DNA of 58,232 nucleotides from Candidatus Sulfobium sp. (lineage in GTDB: Bacteria; Nitrospirota; Thermodesulfovibrionia; Thermodesulfovibrionales; UBA6898): contig JARRRI010000017.1 in the NCBI GenBank assembly GCA_037380845.1, forward strand, positions 1 to 58,232, written 5' to 3'. The position numbers were made by a program, and so were the translations under genes. Under the pieces are notes generated by a model. It ran no database searches and was not told the origin of the DNA. It saw nothing but the letters and a program-made list of their open reading frames with translations. Below are positions 1 to 10,002 of the stretch, piece by piece. Position 1 is the stretch's first letter, and every line of letters starts with the position of its first letter.

Positions 1-168
1 CGTTAGTTACGACCCGGATATTTGCTCACCCGCCTATAGCGGACTTTGTCGATGGGCTTCAGAAAACGGCGTCTCCACCATTCCCTGCCATCCAAGCTAC
101 ACGGCTTCCGGCTCTTGCCCTGACGGGACTCTCACCCGCAAGTAAGCAGTACCCTTCGCTGGGCACGC
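1..168 (-). mobile_element. Group II intron, 5' end (domain I), truncated by window edge
   Basis: Minus strand from 168 reads GCGTGCCCAGCGAAG...GCGGGTGAGAGTCCCGTCAGGGCAAG...GTAGCTTGGATGGCAGG...GGAGAC...TGAAGCCCATCGACAAAG. This has a GUGYG-like start and the GGGTGARAGTCCC hairpin typical of bacterial group II intron domain I. The RT ORF would lie outside the window. Confidence 0.8.
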
Positions 169-231
169 TCAATAGTCAAGTCTGACCCCATGCCTTCCTT
201 CTTGCATAGAAGCTTTTTCGAGCCAACTAAT

Positions 232-591
232 TCATCGCCTTTCCCGAAGGCCGTTAGTCCTGCCAACAAGAAGTAAGCCAACCAAGAAAATTAACATAAC
301 GATAATACCCAATGCGGCATACGAAGAAAAGGCCGTGACAATAAGAAATAAGTTAAAGAAAATAATAAGAAAAAAAGATAAGCCAACAAAGAAAAGAGTG
401 CGCATATGAGGCCATATAAAAAAAGCAAAATAGCTGAACAACAGACTAATATAAATAAACAAAATAAACTCGAGAGAAAGATCTTTGCCAATATTCTTGA
501 TAAATGATGGATAAATATTTAGCAAATAAGATACAACTGAAAGAATTAATGCTATAAATAAAATAATTTGTGATTTAGCTCTTATATTCAT
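232..591 (-). CDS. Putative Rhs immunity protein (AT-rich, about 4 TM helices)
   Basis: Hydrophobic, very AT-rich ORF. Likely start ATG at 591 (MNIRAK), just after the Rhs stop, the usual toxin-immunity arrangement. Confidence 0.65.
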   Translation of the reverse strand: MNIRAKSQIILFIALILSVVSYLLNIYPSFIKNIGKDLSLEFILFIYISLLFSYFAFFIWPHMRTLFFVGLSFFLIIFFNLFLIVTAFSSYAALGIIVMLIFLVGLLLVGRTNGLRERR

Positions 592-596
592 CAATT

Positions 597-1595
597 CTAT
601 TCCAAACAGTTCCTGCACTCGGCTATACAGTGCCACGCATCAAAAGCAAGCCATGCTGCAAGTCCGCCTTCGATGTATTCTGCGACCTTGGGCGCTAATT
701 CTGGGACCAAGGATTTAGAATATTTCCCCCACGCCGTGAAACGTCTGTCGGTAAAGTGATAATATGTTCTTGCAGCCAGATTTCCCATATCCTGGCTGTA
801 AAAGTAACCTCCAATGTGAGCAGCCAATATCGATCCTAGAGGTCCAGCCATACATCTCATATAGCATTTATAATATCCACTTTCCCATCCATGTCTAATA
901 CCCTCTATCGCACCTCCTGTTGCATCCCCAACACTAAGAAGTCCTGACGGGTCAGTCAAATTAATTGGGGAATTTGCAGTGTAAGAGTAAGAATTGATTC
1001 CGCCGAATATCCCAATAGGATCTTCGCTTATAAACCTCTGCAACTCAGCACTGTAATATCTTGCCCTGTAGTAATACAAACCCGTCCCATCATTCTCCCT
1101 TCCCGTATACTGGAAGGGATTATCAGACGCCTCTCCGGAGATGGTTACGTTTCCAAACGGATCATAGGTGTAGGTCGTCATTACATTGCCGTTCTCATCG
1201 GCCAGGGCTATCGCGCTGCCTAGTCCATCGGTCTGGTAATACCTCACGGTTCCATCGGCCTGTATCCTTGCCAGCGGCTCATCAACATTCAGCGTGCGGA
1301 TATAGTTTGCTGTTACAACTCCACCTTGTATTTCCTGGACAATATCCATTCCGTCATAAAGGTATTGTGTCGTCACTCCGTTTATCGTCTTCTCTATCCT
1401 TCTTCCTATAGCATCGTATTCAAAAGACGCGGATAAGGGGAAGCAATCAGGCTTATACCCCGTTATCCCCACCAGCCTGTTCCTCACGTCCCATGTATAA
1501 GTAGTTGTACCGCAAGAATCGTTCATGGTCAAGAGATTGACGTTTTCATCATACGTCATGTTCTTGGCTGATGCAGCCGCCGGGGCGAAGGTCAA
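597..1595 (-). CDS. Orphan (N-terminally truncated) Rhs-repeat protein with C-terminal toxin domain
   Basis: YD repeats, Rhs core motif YYYRARYY...RFISEDPIG...DPSGL, then a variable tip of about 110 aa. Only about 220 aa of core is present. Confidence 0.88.
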   Translation of the reverse strand: MTFAPAAASAKNMTYDENVNLLTMNDSCGTTTYTWDVRNRLVGITGYKPDCFPLSASFEYDAIGRRIEKTINGVTTQYLYDGMDIVQEIQGGVVTANYIRTLNVDEPLARIQADGTVRYYQTDGLGSAIALADENGNVMTTYTYDPFGNVTISGEASDNPFQYTGRENDGTGLYYYRARYYSAELQRFISEDPIGIFGGINSYSYTANSPINLTDPSGLLSVGDATGGAIEGIRHGWESGYYKCYMRCMAGPLGSILAAHIGGYFYSQDMGNLAARTYYHFTDRRFTAWGKYSKSLVPELAPKVAEYIEGGLAAWLAFDAWHCIAECRNCLE

Positions 1596-1750
1596 CTCTC
1601 GGCCATTGGGTACAGCTTTACGGACTTTGTCAGCTGGCGTTCAAGCTATCGGCGAATCACCGGAAAAAACACGCCGTGCTAACGGCAGGCTTTGACCGGG
1701 TTTACTAGCCCGAAAAGGTCAATTCGATTATTATAATTGTCAGGCAGAAC

Positions 1751-2305
1751 GTGAAAAACGAAGATGACGAGATGCTTGAAGTCGTGGACCTGAAGGGCAA
1801 AGTCCTTGGACTTGCAGGGAGGTCCGCTATCCACACCGATCCCTCCATGATCCACAGAGTGGTCCACGTCCTGGTATTCGATGCAGACGGCAGGCTGCTG
1901 CTACAGAAAAGGTCGCAGACCAAGGACGTCGCTCCCGGCAAATGGGACACCTCTGTCGGAGGCCATGTATCGCCGGGCGAAGGCATCGAGGTTGCGGCGC
2001 GCAGGGAGATGAAAGAAGAACTCGGCATATCGCGATGCCCGTTGAAATTCTTATACCGTTATCTCTTTTCAGGCATGGAAGAAACCGAGATGGTACACAC
2101 TTTTTCGTGCCTCCATGACGGACCGTTCCATTACAACAGGGACGAGATTGAGACAGTCGAGTTCCGGGAATTAAGTGAAATAAGGAACAGTCTCGGCAGC
2201 GGTCTCTTCAGTGAGCATTTTGAATGCGAGATCAGGACATACCTCGCAACGACTACACACCCCTCTCGCCGGGGCCGAAGATATATTTCTGGATCTGGAC
2301 ATTGA
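1751..2305 (+). CDS. NUDIX hydrolase (IDI/YfcD-like)
   Basis: Nudix box GGHVSPGEGIEVAARREMKEELGI and LLQKRS..K...PGKWD. Confidence 0.88.
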   Translation: MKNEDDEMLEVVDLKGKVLGLAGRSAIHTDPSMIHRVVHVLVFDADGRLLLQKRSQTKDVAPGKWDTSVGGHVSPGEGIEVAARREMKEELGISRCPLKFLYRYLFSGMEETEMVHTFSCLHDGPFHYNRDEIETVEFRELSEIRNSLGSGLFSEHFECEIRTYLATTTHPSRRGRRYISGSGH

Positions 2306-2891
2306 GCCTCACGTCCAGTCCGTCCTGCAGGACCCAGTCCGCAAGCTGCCTGGGAGCCAGCCGGCCGATTGCGGCAGAAAAAAGAATCGTACACTTTCCC
2401 TCCAGACTGTGGTCGGTTATCAATTTTTTTGACCAGTCGTAATCCGCCCGGTCGCATATAACGAACTTTACTTCGTCGGAGGGCCTGATGTGTTCGAAGT
2501 TGGAAAAGTCCATTTCAGCGTTCATGCCGCTTCCGGGTGTTTTCACGTCCAGTATGACGACCGCACGACTGTCTATATCCCTGACGCTCTTCGACCCGTT
2601 GGTCTCCACCAGCACTCTATATCCCTCTTCCAGGAGAATGCCGATAAGCCGCAGGGTTTCGTCTCCCTGAAGCAGCGGCTCCCCGCCCGTTACCTCCACA
2701 AGGTTCACCCCGGCCTCTTTTATCCGTTCGACAATATCAGCGACCTCCATCTCATCGCCGCCGTCATATGAATACTGAGTATCACAATACGAACACCTGA
2801 GGTTGCAGCCCGTCAACCGGACGAATACGCAGGGGAGACCCGAATAAGTGGACTCGCCCTGGATGCTGGTAAACAGTTCGCAGACTTTCAT
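2253..2891 (-). CDS. queE: 7-carboxy-7-deazaguanine synthase (radical SAM)
   Basis: ELFTSIQGE, FVRLTGCNLRCSYCDT, VTGGEPLLQ, ETNGS motifs. Confidence 0.92.
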   Translation of the reverse strand: MKVCELFTSIQGESTYSGLPCVFVRLTGCNLRCSYCDTQYSYDGGDEMEVADIVERIKEAGVNLVEVTGGEPLLQGDETLRLIGILLEEGYRVLVETNGSKSVRDIDSRAVVILDVKTPGSGMNAEMDFSNFEHIRPSDEVKFVICDRADYDWSKKLITDHSLEGKCTILFSAAIGRLAPRQLADWVLQDGLDVRLNVQIQKYIFGPGERGV

Positions 2892-2990
2892 GAATTATTT
2901 TAACCTATTCCTCCTGTTCGCCGGAAAAGGCGATCAGACACCGATGGAAATCCTGAATCAATCTGGTAAACTGAAAGTAGAATTGCAATA

Positions 2991-3536
2991 GTGGAGGAGA
3001 AGATGAAATCGATTTATCTCCTTTCGGGCGTATTGATCATCTCGATAGCATTCATTTCAATTTCCATGGGCAAGGAGGCGGGAAAAATGGAAAACTTGAG
3101 GATAGAGAGCCCTGCGTTCGAGGGCAACGGACAGATTCCGCAAAAATATACCTGTGACGGCGACGACGTAAATCCTCCGCTGAAGATCGGCGGTGTCCCG
3201 GCGTCGGCAAAATCACTGGCGCTTATAGTGGATGACCCTGATGCTCCCGGCAAGACATGGGTCCACTGGGTAGTCTGGAACATGACGCCGGATACTTCTG
3301 AGATAAAGGAAGATTCAGTCCCGAAGGGCGCAGCGCAGGGAATGAACGATTTCAGAAAGAACTCTTACGGCGGCCCCTGCCCGCCTTCCGGAACCCACAG
3401 GTATTTTTTTAAGCTTTATGCCCTGGACACGGTGCTTGAACTCGGCTCCCATTCCACAAAAGCCGATCTGGAGAGTGCGATGCGCGGGCACACAGTGGGT
3501 CAGACGGAACTGATCGGGCTGTATCGCCGACAATAG
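2991..3536 (+). CDS. YbhB/YbcL family PEBP (Raf kinase inhibitor-like) protein, exported
   Basis: DDPDAP...WVHWVVWN, YGGPCPPSGTHRYFFKLYALD; N-terminal hydrophobic segment. Confidence 0.92.
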   Translation: MEEKMKSIYLLSGVLIISIAFISISMGKEAGKMENLRIESPAFEGNGQIPQKYTCDGDDVNPPLKIGGVPASAKSLALIVDDPDAPGKTWVHWVVWNMTPDTSEIKEDSVPKGAAQGMNDFRKNSYGGPCPPSGTHRYFFKLYALDTVLELGSHSTKADLESAMRGHTVGQTELIGLYRRQ

Positions 3537-3645
3537 ATAAGGAAGGTGCTGCGGAGAAGTGCTGACCGTGCACTGAAGACTGAAAAATTGAAGGACCGGT
3601 ACCGGCGGCTGCCGGATTGCCCGAGCGCCGGCCGGGACCAAAGCC

Positions 3646-4140
3646 TCAGCCCTTCCTGATGCCCGTGCCTTCCCTGGCGATGGCAATTTTCCCTGTTCTG
3701 ACGAATTCCTTTATCCCCATCGGCTTCATGAGCTCCACAATGGCCTCTATCTTCTTCTCGTCTCCGGTAAGCTCGATGGTATAAGTCTTCTGACTGGAAT
3801 CTACCACCCTGCCTCTGAATATCTCGGTGAGCCGGAGCACCTCGGCCTTGTCCTCCTGTCGCGGGGCGACCTTTATCAGGACCATCTCCCGCTCCACGTG
3901 ATCGAGCTCCGTCATATCGACCACCTTTATAACGTCGACGAGCTTGTTCAGCTGCTTGTTTATCTGCTCGATGATCCAGTCGTCTCCATACGTAACGATC
4001 GTCATTACCGAGACCTGGGGATCTATCGTTTCCCCGACGGAGAGACTGGAGATGTTATAACCCCTTCCGCTGAATAACCCTGCAACCCGGGAAAGCACGC
4101 CGAACTTATTCTCCACAAGAACAGATATCGTATGTCTCAT
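3646..4140 (-). CDS. ilvN: Acetolactate synthase small (regulatory) subunit
   Basis: ACT domain [26 protein letters not shown]; follows ilvB. Confidence 0.97.
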   Translation of the reverse strand: MRHTISVLVENKFGVLSRVAGLFSGRGYNISSLSVGETIDPQVSVMTIVTYGDDWIIEQINKQLNKLVDVIKVVDMTELDHVEREMVLIKVAPRQEDKAEVLRLTEIFRGRVVDSSQKTYTIELTGDEKKIEAIVELMKPMGIKEFVRTGKIAIAREGTGIRKG

Positions 4141-4158
4141 AGCTCTCCTCTGTAGAAG

Positions 4159-5895
4159 TTATTTCACTGCCTTCAACTTCTTTTCCGCCTTCTTCTCTTC
4201 CTCCAGGAAGAGCATCTCGTCTATAGCAGCCCCTGCCGGGACCATGGGGAAAACCTTTTCTTTCCAGTCGACAACGAAATCCATCAAAACCGGCCTTTTG
4301 GTGCCGAACGCTTCCTTCAGGACAGGCTCAACCTCCGAGCGTTTTGTGGCCCTCAGGCCCACTGCATTGTATGCCTCCGCTATCTTCACAAAGTCCGGCA
4401 CAGTGTCGTCGAGCCTGGTGTGGGCATAGCGCTCCTGGAAGAAAAGTTCCTGCCACTGCCTCACCATGCCCAGATAGCGGTTGTTCAATATGGCCACCTT
4501 GACCGGCAGCCTGTTGATGACGGCCGTCGCAAGTTCCTGTATGTTCATCTGTATGCTTCCGTCCCCCGCGACGTCTATTACCAGCTTGTTGGGAAACGCA
4601 AACTGGGCCCCTATGGCGGCCGGGAAGCCGTATCCCATCGTCCCCAGTCCGCCCGAAGAAAGGAGCGTACGGGGCTTGTCGAACTTGTAGAACTGGGCGG
4701 TCCACATCTGGTTCTGTCCCACCTCGGTGGCGATGATCGCATCTCCTTTTGTAAGTTCGTGAATCTTTTCTATGACAAACTGGGGCTTGATAACGTCCGT
4801 CTCCCTGTCGTATGACATGGGCCTCTCGGACTTCCAGGCGGTTATCTGCTTGAGCCACGCCTTCCTCACCTCGCCCCACTGCTCTTTTATTTCGTTCTTA
4901 AGGACCTTGTTCAGGACCGAAAGGACTTTCTTCACATCGCCTACGATCGGAACGTCGACGCGGACATTCTTTCTGATGGATGTCGGGTCGATATCGATAT
5001 GCACGATCTTGGCGTTGGGGGCGAAGGCGGCGATCTTTCCCGTCACCCTGTCGTCGAACCGCATGCCGACCGCCACCAGAAGGTCCGATTCCTGTATGGC
5101 CTTGTTAGCAAAATAAGTCCCGTGCATGCCCGGCATGCCGAGCGAGAGTTTGTGGCTTCCCGGAAACCCGCCCAATCCCATTAAAGTCATTGTAACCGGC
5201 ACCTCAGTATACTCGGCGAGTTCCTTGAGTTCCTTTGAGGCCCCTGATAAAATCACGCCTCCGCCGGCCACTATGACGGGCTTCCTCGCTTTGGCCATCA
5301 TGCGGGCAGCCTGCGTGATCATGAATTTATTGCCCTCGTAAGTCGGCCGGTAGCTCCTAATGCCGATGCTCTCGGGCCATTTAAAGTCGGCTTTGTTTGA
5401 GGTAACGTCTTTCGGGAGGTCTATGAGGACCGGACCGGGACGGCCGGTCGTTGCAATATAAAAGGCCTCCTTGATAATTTCAGCCAGGTCAGTGACGTCC
5501 TTGACGAGGTAATTATATTTTGTGCAGGGTCTTGTAATGCCCACTATGTCGGCTTCCTGAAAGGCATCGTTGCCTATGAGAAGCGTAGGGACCTGACCCG
5601 AAAACACCACGAGGGGAATCGAATCCATGGAAGCGGTGGCAATCCCCGTGACGGTATTGGTAGCCCCGGGCCCGGAGGTGACGAGGGCGACACCCGGCTT
5701 TCCGCTCGCCCGCGCGTAGCCGTCCGCTGCGTGAACAGCGCCCTGCTCGTGTCTCGTAAGAATAAGCTGAATGTCCTTTTCGTCGTGAAGCAGGTCGAAT
5801 ATGTTGAGAATAACGCCGCCGGGATATCCGAAAATATGTTTCACGCCTTCTTTTTTCAGGCATTCCAGGAATATTTCAGCACCGGACATTTTCAT
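4159..5895 (-). CDS. ilvB: Acetolactate synthase large subunit (biosynthetic)
   Basis: [24 protein letters not shown] motif [12 protein letters not shown]...NN. Confidence 0.97.
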   Translation of the reverse strand: MKMSGAEIFLECLKKEGVKHIFGYPGGVILNIFDLLHDEKDIQLILTRHEQGAVHAADGYARASGKPGVALVTSGPGATNTVTGIATASMDSIPLVVFSGQVPTLLIGNDAFQEADIVGITRPCTKYNYLVKDVTDLAEIIKEAFYIATTGRPGPVLIDLPKDVTSNKADFKWPESIGIRSYRPTYEGNKFMITQAARMMAKARKPVIVAGGGVILSGASKELKELAEYTEVPVTMTLMGLGGFPGSHKLSLGMPGMHGTYFANKAIQESDLLVAVGMRFDDRVTGKIAAFAPNAKIVHIDIDPTSIRKNVRVDVPIVGDVKKVLSVLNKVLKNEIKEQWGEVRKAWLKQITAWKSERPMSYDRETDVIKPQFVIEKIHELTKGDAIIATEVGQNQMWTAQFYKFDKPRTLLSSGGLGTMGYGFPAAIGAQFAFPNKLVIDVAGDGSIQMNIQELATAVINRLPVKVAILNNRYLGMVRQWQELFFQERYAHTRLDDTVPDFVKIAEAYNAVGLRATKRSEVEPVLKEAFGTKRPVLMDFVVDWKEKVFPMVPAGAAIDEMLFLEEEKKAEKKLKAVK

Positions 5896-6224
5896 GGCTC
5901 ACATCTCCTTGAGAGTCCGCCCCACATACGGCTTTCGGCGACTCAGATTCATCTTGTTTTCGAATATTCTAACATTAAATACCTTTCCAAGTGCAACGAA
6001 AAACACCTTTTTCTCCGGCCTCTTACCGTGAGGCGCTCCTTCAAAAAACCGGCCGTTCACCCGCGCAGGAGTTATGGCACATGTTATATAATATGTTATC
6101 GGGTCTGATCACCCGAAGTGCTCCCTGGTCGACGGAAGCCTGCGGAAAAAGACCCTCTTTCAGGAATGCGCGGGGGAAAAGTGCGCCCTTTTATTTTGAA
6201 AGATCGAAACAGGGAGGAAGGTTT

Positions 6225-6701
6225 GTGAAAAATTTTCTGACGTCCGGTATTGCGTTCCTGGTGTTCTTTTTGTTCCTGCACTCTTCGGCGCCGGCGGCCG
6301 AAAAGAAACCCGTGGAGGTAAAGAAGCGGGATAAATGTCCGGTTTGCGGCATGTTCGTGGCCAGGTATCCCGACTGGATAGCACAGATCATTTATGACGA
6401 CGGGACATATGACGTTTTTGACGGGCCCAAGGATATGTTCAAATATTATTTCAATATGGAGAAGTACAACCCTGCAAGAAAGCAATCCCGTATAGCCGTG
6501 ATGTATGTTACCGAGTATTACTCGGCCGGGCTGATGGATGTGCGAAAGGTTTTCTTCATACCCGGAAGCAACGTGTACGGCCCCATGGGCGCGGAACTCG
6601 TACCGGTAGCGACGTCTGATGCGGCGAAGGAGTTTATGCACGATCATAAAGGGACCGGAATGCTCAGGTTCGAAGAAGTGAAGCCCGGGGATTTAAAATA
6701 A
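6225..6701 (+). CDS. NosL family exported metal-binding protein
   Basis: GTG start after GGAGG; signal peptide; CPVCGMFV, FDGPKDM, GSNVYGPMG motifs of NosL. Confidence 0.85.
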   Translation: MKNFLTSGIAFLVFFLFLHSSAPAAEKKPVEVKKRDKCPVCGMFVARYPDWIAQIIYDDGTYDVFDGPKDMFKYYFNMEKYNPARKQSRIAVMYVTEYYSAGLMDVRKVFFIPGSNVYGPMGAELVPVATSDAAKEFMHDHKGTGMLRFEEVKPGDLK

Positions 6702-7043
6702 TTGCGAAGGTCACACTTTTTCTTCCTGTTTCTGGTTTTTTGCCTGGCCGTTATTTCAGGTCTTTCGGTATACTCTAACGCCCGGATCTCTGAATTCCGC
6801 AGCTCTTCACGTGATATCGGGGAGATAGCAGGAGCGCTGCGTCTCACGGATATCTCTTTTTCACACGACGCCAGGTACACCCGAAACCCGTCACAGGCGG
6901 ACCTTTTTTCCGCGTTCCAGGACTACCCGGGATCAATCGAACATTTCGCTTCGGGCTCTGTCGTCCCGCCGCCCGATTTCGGCTCTTTCGGTAAACGGTT
7001 GTCGGTGAAGAGGTTGAAAAAACAGGCAACAGGCAATAGGTGA
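6702..7043 (+). CDS. Hypothetical membrane-anchored protein (LTDI...ARYTRNPSQADLFSAFQD motif)
   Basis: Abuts the NosL stop; N-terminal TM helix; operon position. Confidence 0.7.
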   Translation: MRRSHFFFLFLVFCLAVISGLSVYSNARISEFRSSSRDIGEIAGALRLTDISFSHDARYTRNPSQADLFSAFQDYPGSIEHFASGSVVPPPDFGSFGKRLSVKRLKKQATGNR

Positions 7044-7071
7044 TAGGCAATAGGTGACAGGTAATGGATGA
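7023..7071. repeat. Heptamer tandem repeat (YAGGYRA x7)
   Basis: caggcaa caggcaa taggtga taggcaa taggtga caggtaa tggatga. Confidence 0.8.
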
Positions 7072-7146
7072 TATGATGTCATCAGACAGCGGGCAAAAGT
7101 CATTAACAGACTTTAATCGAAGCCTCCTGCCGCTTGAGGTAAACGT

Positions 7147-8148
7147 ATGAGCTTCGGAAAGCACATCAATGTCCTGGATTATACCCTGCAGTCCCTTCTC
7201 AGGAGGAAATTCAAGAACGCAGGCATAATCCTGGTATTCACATTCGTGATATTCATACTGGGTTCGATTTTGTTCCTAGCCTACTCCTTCAAGCGGGAGG
7301 CGGTACTTATACTGGAGAATTCTCCCGAGCTGATCGTGCAGAGGACCACCGCCGGCAGACATGAGCTCATACCGACAGATATGGCAGGCGCCATTGAAAA
7401 GATCCCGGGCGTGTCCCGTGTCGAACCCCGCTACTGGGGCTACTATTATGATTCTCTTGTCGGCGCGAATTATACAGTCCTGTCCGCCGGCGGGAGTATT
7501 TCGCAAACCAACCGTATCGTGAAAGGCCGTGTGCCGGGGCCCGGCGAGAAAGGCTCTGCCGCGGTCGGAAGCGGCGTTGCCCGGGCAAGGTTTGTCGGCA
7601 TCGATGACGAGCTGACCATGTTGTCCTCGTCGGGGGCGCCGATGGACCTGCGGGTGGTCGGCATATTCGATACAGCATCCGAACTCCTTGCGTCGGATTT
7701 GATCGTTATAGGTCATGAGGACTTTACGGACCTCTTCAGACCGCCTCCCGGAATGGCTACAGACCTGGTGGTAAGCGTACCACACGAGTCGGAGGCACCG
7801 GTCATTGCAAAGAAGATACACGACCGTTTCCCCGATACAAGGCCCATTCTCCGAAGAGAGATCATAAGAACCTACGACGCCGTCTTCGGATGGAGGAGCG
7901 GACTGGTGCTGACGGTCTTCACGGGCGCACTGGTAGCTTTTATTATCCTGGCGTGGGACAAGGCAACGGGGCTCAGCGCTGAGGAAAAAAGGGAGATAGG
8001 CATATTGAAGGCCCTGGGCTGGGAAACGTCCGATATCCTCGAGATGAAGTTCTGGGAGGGCCTGACCGTCTCTCTTTCTTTAGCATCGACTATCATCCCG
8101 TCGTGGAAGGCGGCCATCACGGACCCCGACGAGGTGGTGCGGGGATAG
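7147..8148 (+). CDS. FtsX/LolE-type ABC permease; C-terminal TM region appears internally deleted
   Basis: N-terminal TM plus periplasmic domain; EKREIGILKALGW and IIPSWKAA..DP motifs with an unusually short segment between them. Confidence 0.82.
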   Translation: MSFGKHINVLDYTLQSLLRRKFKNAGIILVFTFVIFILGSILFLAYSFKREAVLILENSPELIVQRTTAGRHELIPTDMAGAIEKIPGVSRVEPRYWGYYYDSLVGANYTVLSAGGSISQTNRIVKGRVPGPGEKGSAAVGSGVARARFVGIDDELTMLSSSGAPMDLRVVGIFDTASELLASDLIVIGHEDFTDLFRPPPGMATDLVVSVPHESEAPVIAKKIHDRFPDTRPILRREIIRTYDAVFGWRSGLVLTVFTGALVAFIILAWDKATGLSAEEKREIGILKALGWETSDILEMKFWEGLTVSLSLASTIIPSWKAAITDPDEVVRG

Positions 8149-8149
8149 G

Positions 8150-8857
8150 ATGCAGGAGTCCATGGCGGATACGATTATTGAGGCCGGACAGGTCGTCAAA
8201 TTTTACAACAAGGGCAAGGCAAATGAGGTCCTTGCGGTCAGTGACGTGTCCGTTAAGTTCGCACGCGGTGACTTTTCGGTCCTCAAGGGACCCAGCGGCT
8301 CGGGAAAGACGACGCTTCTTTCCTTGATAGGATGTATGACACGACCTACGTCTGGGTCCATCACGGTAGAGGGCAGGGATATTTCTCATCTTCCGGAAAG
8401 GTTCCTGACGGAAATACGAAGAGAGACCTTCGGCTTCATCTTCCAGCAGTTCAACCTGATACCCGGCATGAGCGTCGTCGAAAACGTGATGCTCCCGCTA
8501 TATCCTACGGATATCAGGATATCCGATCTCGGAAAGAGGGCCGGGGCAATACTTGAAAGCCTCGGCATGTCGAAGCGCAGGGATTTCCCCGTCCAGGGTC
8601 TCTCAGGTGGAGAACAGCAGCGGACGGCCATCGCCAGGGCGCTCATAAACGACCCCGATATCATACTTGCGGACGAACCGACAGCGCACCTTGACACCGC
8701 CCTCTCCAGGGACTTCATGGACATCATGAGGGACTTCGGAGAAAGGGGCAAGACCATTATCATCGCGTCCCACGACCCGCTCGTCTTCGAAAATAAATGC
8801 GTCAACCATGTCGTCGAGATGCGGGACGGCAGGGTCAGGCGGGTCTCGGGGAATTAA
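8150..8857 (+). CDS. ABC ATP-binding protein (LolD/MacB-like)
   Basis: GPSGSGKT, LSGGEQQR, ILADEPT. Confidence 0.95.
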   Translation: MQESMADTIIEAGQVVKFYNKGKANEVLAVSDVSVKFARGDFSVLKGPSGSGKTTLLSLIGCMTRPTSGSITVEGRDISHLPERFLTEIRRETFGFIFQQFNLIPGMSVVENVMLPLYPTDIRISDLGKRAGAILESLGMSKRRDFPVQGLSGGEQQRTAIARALINDPDIILADEPTAHLDTALSRDFMDIMRDFGERGKTIIIASHDPLVFENKCVNHVVEMRDGRVRRVSGN

Positions 8858-8864
8858 CCGGACG

Positions 8865-9872
8865 ATGATAATGCAGCCAGGTGTCCTTGCGCTGATAGTC
8901 GGTTCCGGCATAACCGTGCTCCTTCTCTTTTTTGCCGCCATCCTGGGGCTCAAAATTCTCTTCAGGTGGGACATCAGAAGCAATTCCGAAGAGCAGCTCG
9001 GACTGGAAAGGAAGACCTACCTGGTTTCGACGCTCGTACAATATGGTCTCCTCTTCGAGGTTGTGTCGCTGTTCCTCTTTATTTATACGGCGGACGACAT
9101 CCACAATCTGCTTGTCGGCGCCATGTGCGCAACGGGCTCCCTCAATGCAAATGCCTACGGCTTCCCGGCCCTGTATGCAAAAATCGCGACCCTCTTTCTT
9201 TCCGGGTCGTGGATAGCCCTGAATTATATAGACAACAAGGCCGAAGATTACCCGCTCACCAGGACAAAGTACAGGCTTCTGCTCGCTATTTTTCCCGTTG
9301 TATTGGCCGGGTATGTTCTCCAGACAGAGTATTTCAGCCGCATCAGCCCCAATGTCATAACATCCTGCTGCGGCGTACTCTTCAGCGAGGGGAGTAAAGG
9401 CATCGCCAGTTCTATCGCATTTCTGCCCGCAAGGCCTATGCAGTCGGTTTTCTACTCTCTCTTTGCGGTAACGGCAATGACGGGGGTGGCCGCAATACGG
9501 ACAGGAACAAGGATGTACTTCGTTTCCTTCTCCTTTCTCTCGGGTGTATTCTTTATCGCGTCGATAGCTGCCATACTCTCTTTCATCTCGCTTTACTTCT
9601 ATCAGCTCCCCACTCACCACTGTCCTTTCGATGTCCTTCAGTCCGGATATTATTACGCCGGATATCCCCTTTATGCGTCCCTTTTCGCCGGCTGCTTCTT
9701 CGGTATTATGACGGGCGTCGTTGAGCCCTTCAGGAAAATCGGGTCTCTGTCTCACGTCATTCCGTTGGTCCAGAGAAGGTGGGCACTTGTTTCAATTCTG
9801 GCCATCGCCCTGTTTGTTGCAATAAGCCTGGCACCGGTCGTCTTCCTGCCCTTTAAACTTGGAGGGTATTGA
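8865..9872 (+). CDS. Polytopic membrane protein with Cys/His motifs (GAMCATG, ITSCCG, THHCPFD)
   Basis: About 8-9 hydrophobic segments; last gene of the NosL/ABC operon. Confidence 0.8.
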   Translation: MIMQPGVLALIVGSGITVLLLFFAAILGLKILFRWDIRSNSEEQLGLERKTYLVSTLVQYGLLFEVVSLFLFIYTADDIHNLLVGAMCATGSLNANAYGFPALYAKIATLFLSGSWIALNYIDNKAEDYPLTRTKYRLLLAIFPVVLAGYVLQTEYFSRISPNVITSCCGVLFSEGSKGIASSIAFLPARPMQSVFYSLFAVTAMTGVAAIRTGTRMYFVSFSFLSGVFFIASIAAILSFISLYFYQLPTHHCPFDVLQSGYYYAGYPLYASLFAGCFFGIMTGVVEPFRKIGSLSHVIPLVQRRWALVSILAIALFVAISLAPVVFLPFKLGGY

Positions 9873-10002
9873 AAAGCACATCCTCCGCAATATCGGGGCA
9901 TACCTTACGCAGCCGGAATTCAAAATCCCTCACTTTTCATGAGGGAACTCAAACAGGAACTCCTCTTCAGACACCTGGTGCAGGAAAAGAAGCCCGGCCC
10001 GC

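Noticed and set aside
2253..2305. Convergent 3' overlap of NUDIX and queE
   Set aside because: Short tail-to-tail overlaps are common, and the NUDIX tail looks like a non-conserved extension.
2253..2891. queE as part of a 7-deazaguanine DNA-modification island
   Set aside because: No dpdA or other dpd genes; housekeeping context.
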